A stretch of DNA of 64,000 nucleotides from Carcharhinus longimanus (Eukaryota). The notes beneath the pieces are model-generated. The model was not told the origin of the DNA. It searched no databases and saw only the letters and a program-made list of their open reading frames with translations. Position 1 is the first letter of the stretch. Every line of letters starts with the position of its first letter. Location: contig JASCQW010000072.1 in the NCBI GenBank assembly GCA_030264375.1, positions 81,284,119-81,348,118 on the forward strand, read 5' to 3'. Below, in pieces: positions 39,441 to 51,329 of this stretch. Position numbers and translations under genes: made by a program.

Positions 39441-40084
39441 TGTACAAGTACTAATTAGGGATAAGTATAAATGCCAGTCTTGTCCACATCTGAAGAATCA
39501 GAATATATATTAAAACACACCTGCCCTCATCCAAATGGTGAGTAACGAGTGATATCCTAACTTCAAATGACAAACATATCATTACATACCCCTAGTGGTT
39601 GAGCAAGTATGTGAACAAGGGATCAGATACCTAGCCTTTTAATGAAGGGTTTGCCTGCTCTTCCTGCAAATGTCAACTAACCTGCTGTTTCCCAGTATCA
39701 CTGTCATTTTCTTTTTACCTCCCTATAACGGGGCACTTTGATAAGTCATATTAACTTCCAGTCTGAGGTGGAGGTTGTCTGATCTTCTGTCTCAAGTTAC
39801 TGGAGCAGCTACATGAAGATGACTAAACAGTGACTTCAATAAAGCTGCAGTCTAGACTAGAGAAGGCAGCTAGCAGAGGCTAAATCTACGAGTGAAAGAG
39901 AGGGTAAGACTGCAATTCATCTAGTCAACTATCACTGCCTTTTCCTTCCCCTTACATATCTGCCTGAAGAGAATTGGAATTTGCTTACAAGCAAACCTTA
40001 CAGTCTCTAGTGGAGTTGCTAGGACTATTCCTGTGCTCTACTGTCTGTCACCATGATCGGCCTTAAAAACAAGGTGTCTTTTTA

Positions 40085-40248
40085 CCTGAAAATGTTGTAA
40101 AATCTCAGCAGGTCTGACAGCATCTGTGGAGAGAGAATAGAACCAACGTTGAGAGTCTGGATGACCCTTCATCAGAGCTGGTCATCCAGACTTTAAACAC
40201 TAGTTCTGTTCTCTAGCTGCATTTTCGGTTTTTGTTTCAGATTCCAGT
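40085..40248. mobile_element. Fold-back Penelope-like fragment with degenerate hammerhead motifs
   Basis: Perfect 13-bp inverted repeat agtctggatgacc (40154-40166) / ggtcatccagact (40180-40192). The minus strand has CUGAUGA-A-GGGUC-AUCCA-GACUC-UCAACGUU. Confidence 0.65.
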
Positions 40249-40652
40249 GTCTTTTTATCCAACTGTTCATAGCTTCCAATTTCTTTTGACATCCCAATTA
40301 CCTCAATTGCCCATGCAAAGTGCAGGATTGCACTGATTTGCAAATGGGTGCTACCACATCTTATTGTGACAAAAAATAAATATTACTTTATACTGACAGA
40401 CCCTTTGAAATATTCTTGCAGATATTGGTGGAGGAACATTGGTGGAGGACTCCTGCCTTACAATCCCTGCTATTCCCTTTTCGGCCAGGCCCCATTAGAT
40501 TCCTGCTAATGCCAACTTTTGCCACTATGACATGTACCACGGAAATTACTGCATCAGGAACACCAATAAACCTTTCATCCATAGATCAACAACATTAATT
40601 TTAAAGAAACAATGCAATGGTGGCAGTGTAGTTTCTGAATGGTTGTGTAACA

Positions 40653-41343
40653 ACACTGAATTTTCTGTCCCACTTTTGGTAGGCAGGAATGTCAGCGGGG
40701 GCAGAGAATTGAGGGAGGAGTCCCAAAACGGCTTTCATGCTGCTGGGATTTCTCTGTTCGATTGGCCCCGCCTCCCCGCCAGTGACACAATGAGGTTCCT
40801 TCTGCTGTGGGTGGGCGGGAGCTGCATTACTATATACTTAGTGGGCTTCCCCATGTTATTGTCCCTCCCACATAGGGATCCTCCTCCCTGCCCATGCCCC
40901 CCCCGCCCCCCCACCCCAGCTTTACAATGGGTTTTGTAAACTATGGGTGCATGGGTAAGTACAGTCTGGGGAGCGGTGGTGGGGAGAGTGGAGAATGAAG
41001 AAGGATCATGCCTGGGCATGGGAACCGCTCCTGGCAGTTCTCCAGTATGAGCAGTACTGAGGAGTGGGAGGAGGGGGAATAGTGTCAGAGGAAAGTATTC
41101 AGGCAGTGCACTACTTGGAGAGCTCATTGTGTTGAGCTCTGTGTGGGGAGCCCCTGTGTGCATGAGATTGAGGTCTCCATGTACATGGGGTAGGTGAGCT
41201 CACTCAGTTGTGGGATCACATCTGGCATTTTGTAACTGTGGTTCAAAATATATAGCATAAAAAGCCAACAGTGGAGCTGGTGGGCAGCACACCACATTTT
41301 CTGCCAGAGTTGAGACCTAGCTAAAAAACAGAAAATTCTGCCC
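40653..41343. mobile_element. About 690-bp MITE-like non-autonomous element
   Basis: TIR gaattttctg (40658-40667) / cagaaaattc (41329-41338) bounding a GC-rich block. Confidence 0.55.
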
Positions 41344-41504
41344 AGTGTCTATGAAAGTCTATCATGCAGCTTTTTAAATGTGTGTTTCAGCATACTAAAT
41401 AACAGGATGATTGGCCCAAATGTATTCAGATCATTCCATCAAACCTCCACTGTATTGCCAGCAGATGGCTGGAACCTATCCCAAGAGCAGGTGGGGCATA
41501 GTGT

Positions 41505-41712
41505 TCAAAGATGCGCACGTTAGGTGAACTGGTCATGTTAAATTGGTCCTAAGTATCCATTGATGTATTTATTCAATTAACCATGTTAGATATGTGGGGC
41601 TACAGGGAGAGGATGGGGGAAGAGAGCTTGGGCAAGATCATCTGTCAGAGAGTTGGTGCTGATGTGATGGGCTGAGTGGCCTCATTCTGAACTGTAAGGA
41701 TTCTATCGTTCC
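41505..41712 (+). mobile_element. 5'-truncated V-SINE
   Basis: caaagatgcgcacgttaggtgaactggtcatg...atgggctgagtggcctc...gattctat. Confidence 0.75.
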
Positions 41713-43039
41713 ATACTAGGATTTTAGCATACATGAGCTGGTACACTAGGACCGTCCAAATAGTATGGGGACAGGAGAATGATCCATGGGTTTGGACACT
41801 TGAAGGTAGCTGTATTTTTTTTAACTGGCCTTTGTTATCCAGCAACAGCTTTTCTACATCTGCAGATGCTTCCTCATACTGCCCAAAAGCCACTCAAGTC
41901 TTTGATGAACATTGGTACAGTCAGCAGCAGAAGTGGGTGACACTTAGGGGACCATAATCCAAATCCTTAAGAAACAACATAATGATCTATTCTGCCAAAA
42001 TGTCCATCCTGTACATGATTAAAATGAGGCTGATGATAATGTACAAAGACTACTTTGCAGAAGGAGCTTTAACTGGCATTCAATCCAATGGCTTCCACCT
42101 GGGAGTGATTGATGGTAGGGTGCACACAGGATCTTTACTCTGCATCTAAACCGTACTGACAGTTTCAGCTCTATATAACCTTCATTGTAGATGTCCTGTG
42201 AGGCCAGAGTATTGTCACTGGGTGCAAAATATCAAATTTTTCATTCTCTGGCACTGACATCCATCTTCGTTTTAAATATTTATGAGCAATTTCATGAAAT
42301 ACTAAATAAACAATTCACAAAAATGCATGGCAATAAGTAAAGGAAAACTTGGAATTCAATTTAATTCAAAATATAATTCTACTTTTGAGACCTCTTGAAA
42401 TATTTCTGCCAAGTATATGTTTTTAAAATTTACATCTTAGGAGTCTACGGAATTTTACCTGTACACCCGCCCCAGAATCGAGGAGGGCAAGGCTCACAAA
42501 GTAGAATTCTCTGTTGGCCTCAGGCAGGATTTTATGAGCCTCACCCAAGCAAGGTCGTAAAGTACCAGCCGTATGTTTGATTAGCAGTAAGGAACTGTCT
42601 TTAATACCACTGTTTTTTGCAAGAGGTGAATTATGAAACATTTTCTTAAGTATCGAAATCCAAATTGTTAACAAAAATATTTGTCAATCAATCATTTCAA
42701 TGGTAATTTTTTTTTTAAAGTGGATTGAAACTGCTCTTGCCTTTAGTTTCAGGAGGAAACTGTTGATGACTTCCTGCCATTGCTCTAACTTCAAACAGAA
42801 GAAAGCATCAATGGCAGACAAATTTAAAACAGATGGAGAATTTCATCAAATTGCAGAATGTGACTTTGGTAGTTTCATTTTTGCTAACGATTAACTAACA
42901 AATATTCCTGCCACCTTCAAAGAGTTAACATCTACTTCACAAAATGACCTTGAGTTGCTGCTGCAGTTGGTGCATAAATCATTGGCATTATCATCTTTAA
43001 GTGCTTTTGGCATGAGTCTGTCAACCTCAATGCAATTTC

Positions 43040-43310
43040 CTAATGGCCATGAACCCACAGCACAGAACTGTTCCTAATTGGCACTAAATTGACCATCTGT
43101 GTGAGGCCACAGGATGTCTAGTGTGGGACATGGAAAATATTACTATGGTACAAAACCGGGCACTATTCCGAGGCTTGGCCCGAGGCACCTCGTTGAGGAT
43201 TTATACTCTGCATCTAACCATGCTATGCCTGACCAATGTGCCTGAAAGGAACAATGCTTTATTTCCCAGTGCAAACATCAATCAGCTTGATGAGCGCAAA
43301 AGGTTCACAG
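43040..43310 (+). mobile_element. LF-SINE-like remnant; partial relative at about 42060-42270
   Basis: cagaactgttcctaattggcactaaattg...gaggccacagga resembles the remembered LF-SINE body. tactctgcatcta is shared with 42137-42149. Confidence 0.45.
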
Positions 43311-45662
43311 AGAAATAGTCAGAGAATTGGGAGGTGCAACTGTAAAGGAAACAATTTATAAATAATTTTACCGGAAAAGGCAGGTTTCATATGACAGTGC
43401 AATTTACACTCTGACCAGGAGTTACCGCTACAGGCTGAGTTATGAATTACTATATTAATTTGACTGAGGGAAAGTAATGGGGAGTGGGATTAAACAAAAC
43501 TAAGCAAAGAAGTGTGGAATGAGAGCACTTTGAATGGCCCTGGCAGGTTCTTGGAAAATTTAGGAAGATGCGAGAACTTGATCAGGGTGGTTGTGATGTC
43601 ATTATAGCACTTCCACCTAGACTGGTGATGCATAGAATTATACAGCACATGGGGCCAGCATCTAGATTGCAACTTCATCGAGGGCTACAAACATAATTAT
43701 TAGACATTCAAATGAATTCAAGCGTACATCACTGGAACCCCAACACTGGATTACAGAAACATCAATGCCAATTTAATATAATGCTGAAATTAGATTGATT
43801 GAAGACTGAAAATCTATTCTGATATGATTGCAGAATCCCATTATACAAAACATTAAGTGATATGAGAGTTCTTTCTTTAATAATGTGCTTAGTGCATATT
43901 TCATTGTTATTTCAAAAACTGAACAAAAATGAGGGTGCTACAAAAATCATTAATGAAGATCAGCAATCACCAGACAAATTATTTGGGAATGTTGTTTCAG
44001 AATACAAGGGCCCATCGTGCCAAGTGTTGTGACTCTGATTCAGGCTCTGATCTGTGAATTTGTTACATTGTCTGGAGGCCATGGAATGGGACAGGTAATG
44101 GGATGCACAACATTAAAGGAACTTTTCATCTGCTGTTGAAGGTAAAGTTTCTCATGTCGTGATTTAACAAGTGTGGTTACGGTCATTATGCAATAAATAG
44201 TGCTGCATCTTGGACAACTTCATGAAAAGTCAGATGGGAGCAACTGACCAACACCATGTGTAATAATGACTGAGCCCTGAGCAAAGTGGAGATGCAGAAT
44301 AAGCACCACATCTCTGAAGTTCTCTAACAAAAGCAACAGGTTTTTTTATTACGACTGGACTGTTTCCAGTACTTTTGCTGCAGACACAAAAAGACCACCA
44401 GAATTTGGGACCTCTGTATGCTGAACCAGTGAGGGACTGCCCTGTGTATCATGTGCCATTACATTCCCTAATTAAATATGAAGCAGCACTTATAATCCCG
44501 ACTAAAGTTGATCACATTAGTCCAAACCATCTGTGGGTCCTGCATCAATAGTGGGCATCATATATAACCTATATAGGAGATGATTAGACTGGTAATTTTG
44601 GTATTCAAACCTATGATAAAATATGAATGATAACTGGATCACTGTATTATCTGGAAGAAAAAACAAAAGTGAAAATCAGAGTTAACAAGTTAAACTAATT
44701 TGATTTACAATTCAGAAGACTTAATTCATTGTTAAACTTTCACACAGACTTTGTCCTATAAACTGAGATAAAATAGTTCATTGTGATTTTAAAAATATTC
44801 AACAGCAAATTAACAAGAAAAAGCATTGGATTTGGTTCATTTTCCAACTTCAGATAAATACATATTTTCAAATGACTTGTGTAATAAACACAAAGTCTGA
44901 AACAGCCGTTTTCCAGCAAGCCTCAGTGGACAGAGTAATCTTTACTACTTCATCACAGCTGCAGGCAACATCTTTCAAGTTTCAATGCTTAAAAAGGGGA
45001 AAAAATGTCAAAGAAGGTATTTTGTTATAATCTAATAGTCGCGGTGAACAGCATTGTAGCTAAAAGAACAATATTGTAATTTCACACAGACATCAATCTC
45101 AGGAATCATTTAGAGAATCCCTGCTGCCTCTCACGTTCAATTACATTCTCTTGAATGCTACAGGACAAGCTATAACCTTTTCTTTCCATGTTTCTTCCCT
45201 CTTCTATAGTTTCCTTTTTTTTGTTCTAGAAGCTGCAAGAGAAACAGTCACTATCATTATTGAGAGCCTCTCACACTTCCAATGCTGGGTTTTGTTTCTT
45301 GCCCCAGAAAGAATCAATCACTTAGATCATAACAGCACAGAGTCAAACATCTGACTTTGTACTTTCTGAAAAGCCGCAAAGGTTGTAAACCAGTCTTCCT
45401 ATGTATCTGTGAATGACACAGGCTACACGAAGAATGAAAAATTTTGCTGCTTTTCCAACAATGTTCATACGACTGACATAGACTGTAGAACCAACATACG
45501 TGTGTGATATCTTAAAGAGACTACATGAAATATTTGTACTTGAACTGGGAGCACCGTTTATCATTTCATCAGAGTGAACACAGCTTGGTTTACAGAAAAG
45601 AACAGTGGCTGCTAGTCTTAACCTTTCAAACTCTTTCCTGATTTTCTGCCCATGGCACCTAC

Positions 45663-45742
45663 TTGATAGCTTTCTTCTCATTGCGGCCTCGGTTGGAGTC
45701 TGGTGTGTTGACTACCTCCAATGAGCTCTTGTGTCTTTTACC
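45663..45742 (-). CDS. SYT7: Synaptotagmin-7 juxtamembrane exon (80 nt; GKRHKSSLEVVNTPDSNRGRNEKKAI-AA)
   Basis: Minus strand reads ctttaaag|GGTAAAAGACAC...GCTATCAA|gtaggt. The peptide matches the remembered mammalian SYT7 segment [26 protein letters not shown]. Phase 0 start, phase 2 end. Not in the ORF track. Confidence 0.93.
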
Positions 45743-45934
45743 CTTTAAAGATAGAGGAAACAAAACAAATAATTTAATAACAGAAATCCATTACACTTGC
45801 TCTACAATTGTAACAAAGTGGTTGTTGTGGTGATTGGTATTTTGATGGGAAAGATTTTTAAAATGAGCTGGATTTTGCAGTCAGCAGTGTAGAGCTCAGT
45901 GACCTTGAAGAAAACTGCTGACAAAAATCTAGCA

Positions 45935-46550
45935 TTTTTGACAATGCAGATTTCCCGTTCTTGACATGAGTTTGTTTCCGAATCAAATCTATATAACCTA
46001 GGAGTAACATGCACCGTGGATAAAAAGGAACTTGTCGACACACTGTACTTGGATTTCCAGAAGGCATTTGATAAGGTACCACATCAAAGGTTACTGTGGA
46101 ACATAATAGCTCGTGGCATATGGCATAACATATTACATGGATAGAAGAACTGGTTGACTGACAGAAAACAAAGAGTAAATGGATCTTTTTCTGATTGGCA
46201 GGATGTGACAAATGAAGCCTCCTTGTGAGATCTACTCTGGGGCATCAACTTCTTACATTTTATATCAATGACTTAGTTGAGCGGAGCAAGGGCATGGTAG
46301 CTAAATTTGCAGATGATAGAAAGATAGGTAGGGCATCAGGAGGTTGCAGATAGAATTGATTGATTGAGGGAATGGGCAAAAAATTGGCAGACGGAGTATA
46401 ACGTGAGAAAATGTGAGATTGTTTACATTGCCAGGAAGAATTAAAAAAAGAACTAAAATAGAGAATGACTGCAGAAATCTGAGGGGCAGAGGGATCTAGC
46501 TGCATGAATCAAAAAAAGTTAGTGTTAAGTACAAAAAGTAATTAAGAGAG
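45935..46550 (+). mobile_element. Decayed CR1 RT fragment
   Basis: tacttggatttccagaaggcatttgataaggtaccacat (YLDFQKAFDKVPH) and aaatttgcagatgat (KFADD). Confidence 0.88.
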
Positions 46551-46552
46551 AT

Positions 46553-46670
46553 AAAGGCAAAATACTGGAAACTGAAACAAAAACAGAAACTGCTGGAAAA
46601 ATCTCAGCAGGTCTGACAATATCAGTGGAAAGAGAATTGAGCCAACGTTTTCAGTCAGGATGACCTGACT
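46553..46670. mobile_element. Half copy of the 40085-40248 Penelope-like family
   Basis: aaatctcagcaggtctgaca...gagaat-gagccaacgtt...agtc-ggatgacc is shared with 40099-40166. Confidence 0.7.
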
Positions 46671-46948
46671 GCGTAATGTTACATCTATCATTTATATTTC
46701 ACCGAATGATTAAACAATTATAATTTTTTTTACTCCAACATTGATATTAAGTCAATTTTACAATTACTAACTAAAATCTCTTCAGTACTGAAACATTACT
46801 TGTTTGGTCTGCCACTGCATTAAAACAAAGGTGCCATTTTTGTTGACTGATGCAAAGATATGTCACTTTGAAAATGTCCACAGATGTGGCACAAAGCTTC
46901 TGTATTGTAATTCTAGCTTAACATAGCAGAAAATGTTTTTAATATTTC

Positions 46949-47520
46949 ATGCTGCAGCTTTATGGAACCTTAGTTAGGCCACACTTGGAATATTCTGGTC
47001 ACCACACTACGAGAAGAATGTGGAGGCTTTGGAGAGGGTACAAAAAAGATTTACCAGGATGTTGCCTGATATGGAGGGTATTAGCTATGAGGAGAGGTTG
47101 GAAAAAATTTGTTTGTTCTCACTGGAACAACGGAGGTGAGGGTGACATGACAGAAATCTACAGAATTATGAGGGGCGGGGACAGAATGGATAGTCAGAAG
47201 CTTTTTCTAAGATGGAAGAGTCAATTACTAGGGGACATAAGTTTAAGATGTAAGGGGCAAGGTTTAAAGGAGATATATGGGGCAGGTTTTTTACACAGAG
47301 AATGGTGGATGCCTGGAATTTGCTGCCAGGGGAGGTAGTGGAAACAGATATGATAGTGACTTTTAAGGGGCATCTTGACAACTACATGAATAGGATGGGA
47401 AGAGAGGGATATGTTCCCGGAAGGGTAGGGATTTTAATACACGTGGGCAGCATGGTTGGTGCAGGCTTGGAGGGCTGAAGGGCCTGTTCCTATGCTATAA
47501 TTTTCTTTGTTCTTTGTTCT
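46949..47520 (+). mobile_element. CR1 3' end with (TTCTTTG)n tail
   Basis: MLQLYGTLVRPHLEY motif and 3' UTR ggcttggagggctgaagggcctgttcc...ttctttgttctttgttct. Confidence 0.9.
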
Positions 47521-48589
47521 ATGTCATGTGTCAAATTTTCTGACAGGAAGAATGATACTTGGCAGCAGGAGGATAGGGAGGTTTCAGTCATTCCCTGTTC
47601 TGTCTTTTCTCGAATAGCAATATGATAAATGAATTACATTCAAGAGACAAGATATGAAGTGAACCTCTTATCTAGTGTCAGTCCAGAAGGATATCTTAGG
47701 CAGATTGAAGATTTGTTGGAAGGCCGGCTAACAGTCTTGTTCAGTTTGAGACGATGTCCGGGGTGGGGATAGACTCAGTAGTGAGAGTATAAGACTTGCA
47801 CAGTGATCTGAAGGTGATGGCTTCAGTCTTACCAATCTTTAGTTGGAGAGNNNNNNNNNNNNNNNNNNNNNNNNNNNNNNNNNNNNNNNNNNNNNNNNNN
47901 NNNNNNNNNNNNNNNNNNNNNNNNNNNNNNNNNNNNNNNNNNNNNNNNNNNNNNNNNNNNNNNNNNNNNNNNNNNNNNNNNNNNNNNNNNNNNNNNNNNN
48001 NNNNNNNNNNNNNNNNNNNNNNNNNNNNNNNNNNNNNNNNNNNNNNNNNNNNNNNNNNNNNNNNNNNNNNNNNNNNNNNNNNNNNNNNNNNNNNNNNNNN
48101 NNNNNNNNNNNNNNNNNNNNNNNNNNNNNNNNNNNNNNNNNNNNNNNNNNNNNNNNNNNNNNNNNNNNNNNNNNNNNNNNNNNNNNNNNNNNNNNNNNNN
48201 NNNNNNNNNNNNNNNNNNNNNNNNNNNNNNNNNNNNNNNNNNNNNNNNNNNNNNNNNNNNNNNNNNNNNNNNNNNNNNNNNNNNNNNNNNNNNNNNNNNN
48301 NNNNNNNNNNNNNNNNNNNNNNNNNNNNNNNNNNNNNNNNNNNNNNNNNNNNNNNNNNNNNNNNNNNNNNNNNNNNNNNNNNNNNNNNNNNNNNNNNNNN
48401 NNNNNNNNNNNNNNNNNNNNNNNNNNNNNNNNNNNNNCCAATGACTGGTTGAGTAGAGAGGTCTTGTGCTGAAGCAACTACAGTGAAGCTAAGCTCACTT
48501 TCATCATCATAAACTGTAAACGTGCCCCTTAAGTCTTCAGTCCATTGACGATGCAGAGATTTTAAACTTCCTTGTCTTTGTTAGTTATA

Positions 48590-48800
48590 CCCATGACACC
48601 ACCCCGCACCCTCCACCACCATGTCTAGGCTCACCCAATTTCCACGCACCCTACCCTGCCTGACACTGCTCACCGCCCCTGTTCACATGGGGTGAGCAGT
48701 GTTGGGATGGGGACAAGGTGGGAGGGGGGGGGAATGAACAATGTCAGGAGGGGTGATGAGCAGGGTCACAGGGGGGTGGTGAGAAGAGTCAGGCATGGGG
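48590..48800. repeat. Fold-back element: C-rich arm, hairpin centre, G-rich arm
   Basis: acactgctcacc (48663-48674) / ggtgagcagtgt (48691-48702) form a perfect 12-bp stem. Confidence 0.7.
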
Positions 48801-49104
48801 AATAGTGTCCAAATCCCAACATATTTCTGTTCAAAACTACACTAACCCTTGGTCTGCATCATAAGCTTTCTTACATCACTCTGGGTGGTACTGTATCCAG
48901 TCCCACATTAACTTTGTAAATACTACAAAGTGCAGTAGCTTGTCTAAACAAATAGCCCTGCATCAAGAGAAGTCCATACCTGTGCCTGATCAAATATACA
49001 ATATTCCACAAAGTAGCTGTCAATAAAATGCGATAAGCACCCAGCACCACAATCTGATACATAGTTTTAAATCATGTATTCAGCATCTTTTCTTTATCTT
49101 ATGA

Positions 49105-49455
49105 TATCTTTGAGTGCACTGCTGTGTATTATCTTTGACGTGTAGACGCAGTTGTAATGCAGGAAATACAGCAGCCAATCTTTGCATAGGAGGCTGTCAC
49201 AGATAGCAGTGGCATAAATAAACAGATAGTGTATTTTACATGTTTCTTGAGGGATAAATATTGGCCAAAGTATTGGGACAACTTTAACACTCTTCTTTGA
49301 ATAGTACCATACCAGTTCTTAAGGACACCAAGTGCAGATACTTAATATCTTATCCTAAAGGCAGCCCCTCCAACTCCCTCAGTACTACACAGAAATGTCA
49401 ATATAGATCATGCACTCAATCCCTGAAGTGGGGCTTGAACCCACACCTTCTGAAT
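49105..49455 (-). mobile_element. Deu-domain SINE (SacSINE1/AmnSINE1-like)
   Basis: gttgtaatgcaggaaa-cagcagccaat, ttgagggataaatattggcca, ctccctcagtactaca and gtggggcttgaacccacaccttctga (B box, reverse) match the remembered Deu-SINE consensus. Confidence 0.75.
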
Positions 49456-51329
49456 GCGCTCTGGCTCCTGTAATACTTGAAAAGTTCACATCAAAGAAGG
49501 AAGAAATAAAATTGCATTTATATAGCGTCTTTCACAACCTCAGAACATCCCAAAGCTTTTTATAGTTTCCCTTTCCAATACACTTTTACCATTAGCTAAT
49601 TTAAATCTTACTCCAATACTGGAGGTTGAACCTTGTGTTAATTTATACTGAAAAAGTATAGGAAAGTGATGCTAACTTACCAGAAATAAACTAGAGTCCT
49701 GCTGAGTGATTGTCATGAAATGATCATACATTTATTCTTGAAAATGAACTCCAAGTATTCAATATTAAACTGACATTTCCATTGCATATGTTTTGTATTT
49801 GTATCAAAGTATTAATTTAATATTCTGTTATTGCTTGTAAATGAAACAAAACTGACAATGAATGCACCATATTATCAGGGATGAGGGACAATAACAAGAT
49901 GGAAAGACGTCAAGTCCAACTGATCTCCTCTCCAGTTCCCTGACGTCCAATCACAACCTGCAAACCATTTTTTTGCACAGGAGCACGTAATCATCCCTTA
50001 AACCCATTTATGCTGCTCAAGTGCTTTTCCAGTCTTACTTTTAATCAACTTATTCAATTTTGTTCTCATTCCTAATTTTTCCTGCCCTTAAAAAAAATTG
50101 TTACAGTGAATAATTTGCCTGAATCAACTCTGTCAATTCCCTTCTGAAAGGTCAACTATTTCAAGAGACTTAGAATGCTTCAAGGTAAGCAAATTAATTC
50201 AAGGAGTCTTCTGAGAGCAATTTAACACACCTTCTGTGTTTTATAGACTGAAGCATTATGAGTGTCTCCACTAGAACCATTTCAACACATTGTTGCTGAT
50301 AGCCTACGCATTTTGTAAACCTCTGCTTTGATTGGATATAAACTTTGCAACCAAATGTTCAAAATAAAAACTACAATTTTCTGATTAGATATTGTGGAAC
50401 TATAACAAATGTTACCATCATTAAAGTAAATTAATACAAGACATATGGCAATTTACCAGATCAATGGACTCTTTTCAAAGGCCCTTACTTCATAATCTGG
50501 TTAAAATTGTTCACATCTTGTAAACTATAGAATGTAGATGTACTAAAACAAACAAGCAATATAATTGCGCAGGAATATAGTTTCTTCTCGTAATTAACTC
50601 TCCAAAATTTGTTCATACTGTCTTTTTTTGGAAATGTTTTCCAATCCCTAAGGCAGATGTATAGTCTACAGTATAGTAGACTCCACAGTACAGAGCCCAG
50701 AAGATCACAGCTGAATTGGCCAATATTGGGCCAGAAGCAGTAGATTCTTTAGAGCCAGAGAAGAGGGTGGAGAGAACAGACAGGTGGAGAAGCTGGGCTG
50801 GGAAGGAGAGGGCACATAAGTTGAGCAGATAAAGGGAGTTTGAGTGATGAGGGAGGGTGAGGGGTGGATAGAGCAAGCAAGTGGGAGGGCTTGAAAGGTG
50901 GATCGATAAAGACAGTGATACTGGACAAGCACACATAGTAATGGGATGGGTGGGGCAGGGCAGGTAAAAAGAGGTAGAGCAGGAAGGGGCAGGAGCATTC
51001 AGGTACAGATGAGGAGTGGACAGAGCAGCAGACCTGCTAGGAGTGGGGAGGGCTATTGGTGTGGTCAGACAGCAGGAGTCCACAGAGAAGAAAGAGATGG
51101 CGATGGAGAGAATGGGAGGGAGACCAAACTGAGAGGCAGTGTTGGTGGGTGGAGCAATTAGAGGGGCAAAGAAGATGGGAATGTGGAATGGACAGAGGCA
51201 GTCAAAGAAAGAATTGGGCAGAAGTAGGTGAAGTGGCTAAGATGGCAAGTGAGGGATAGGAGTGGAACAAGGTGGTGTGGGCCAGTCAGCACTCTAAACT
51301 AGCAGGGAATAGAAAGCTCTTGAGATGTT

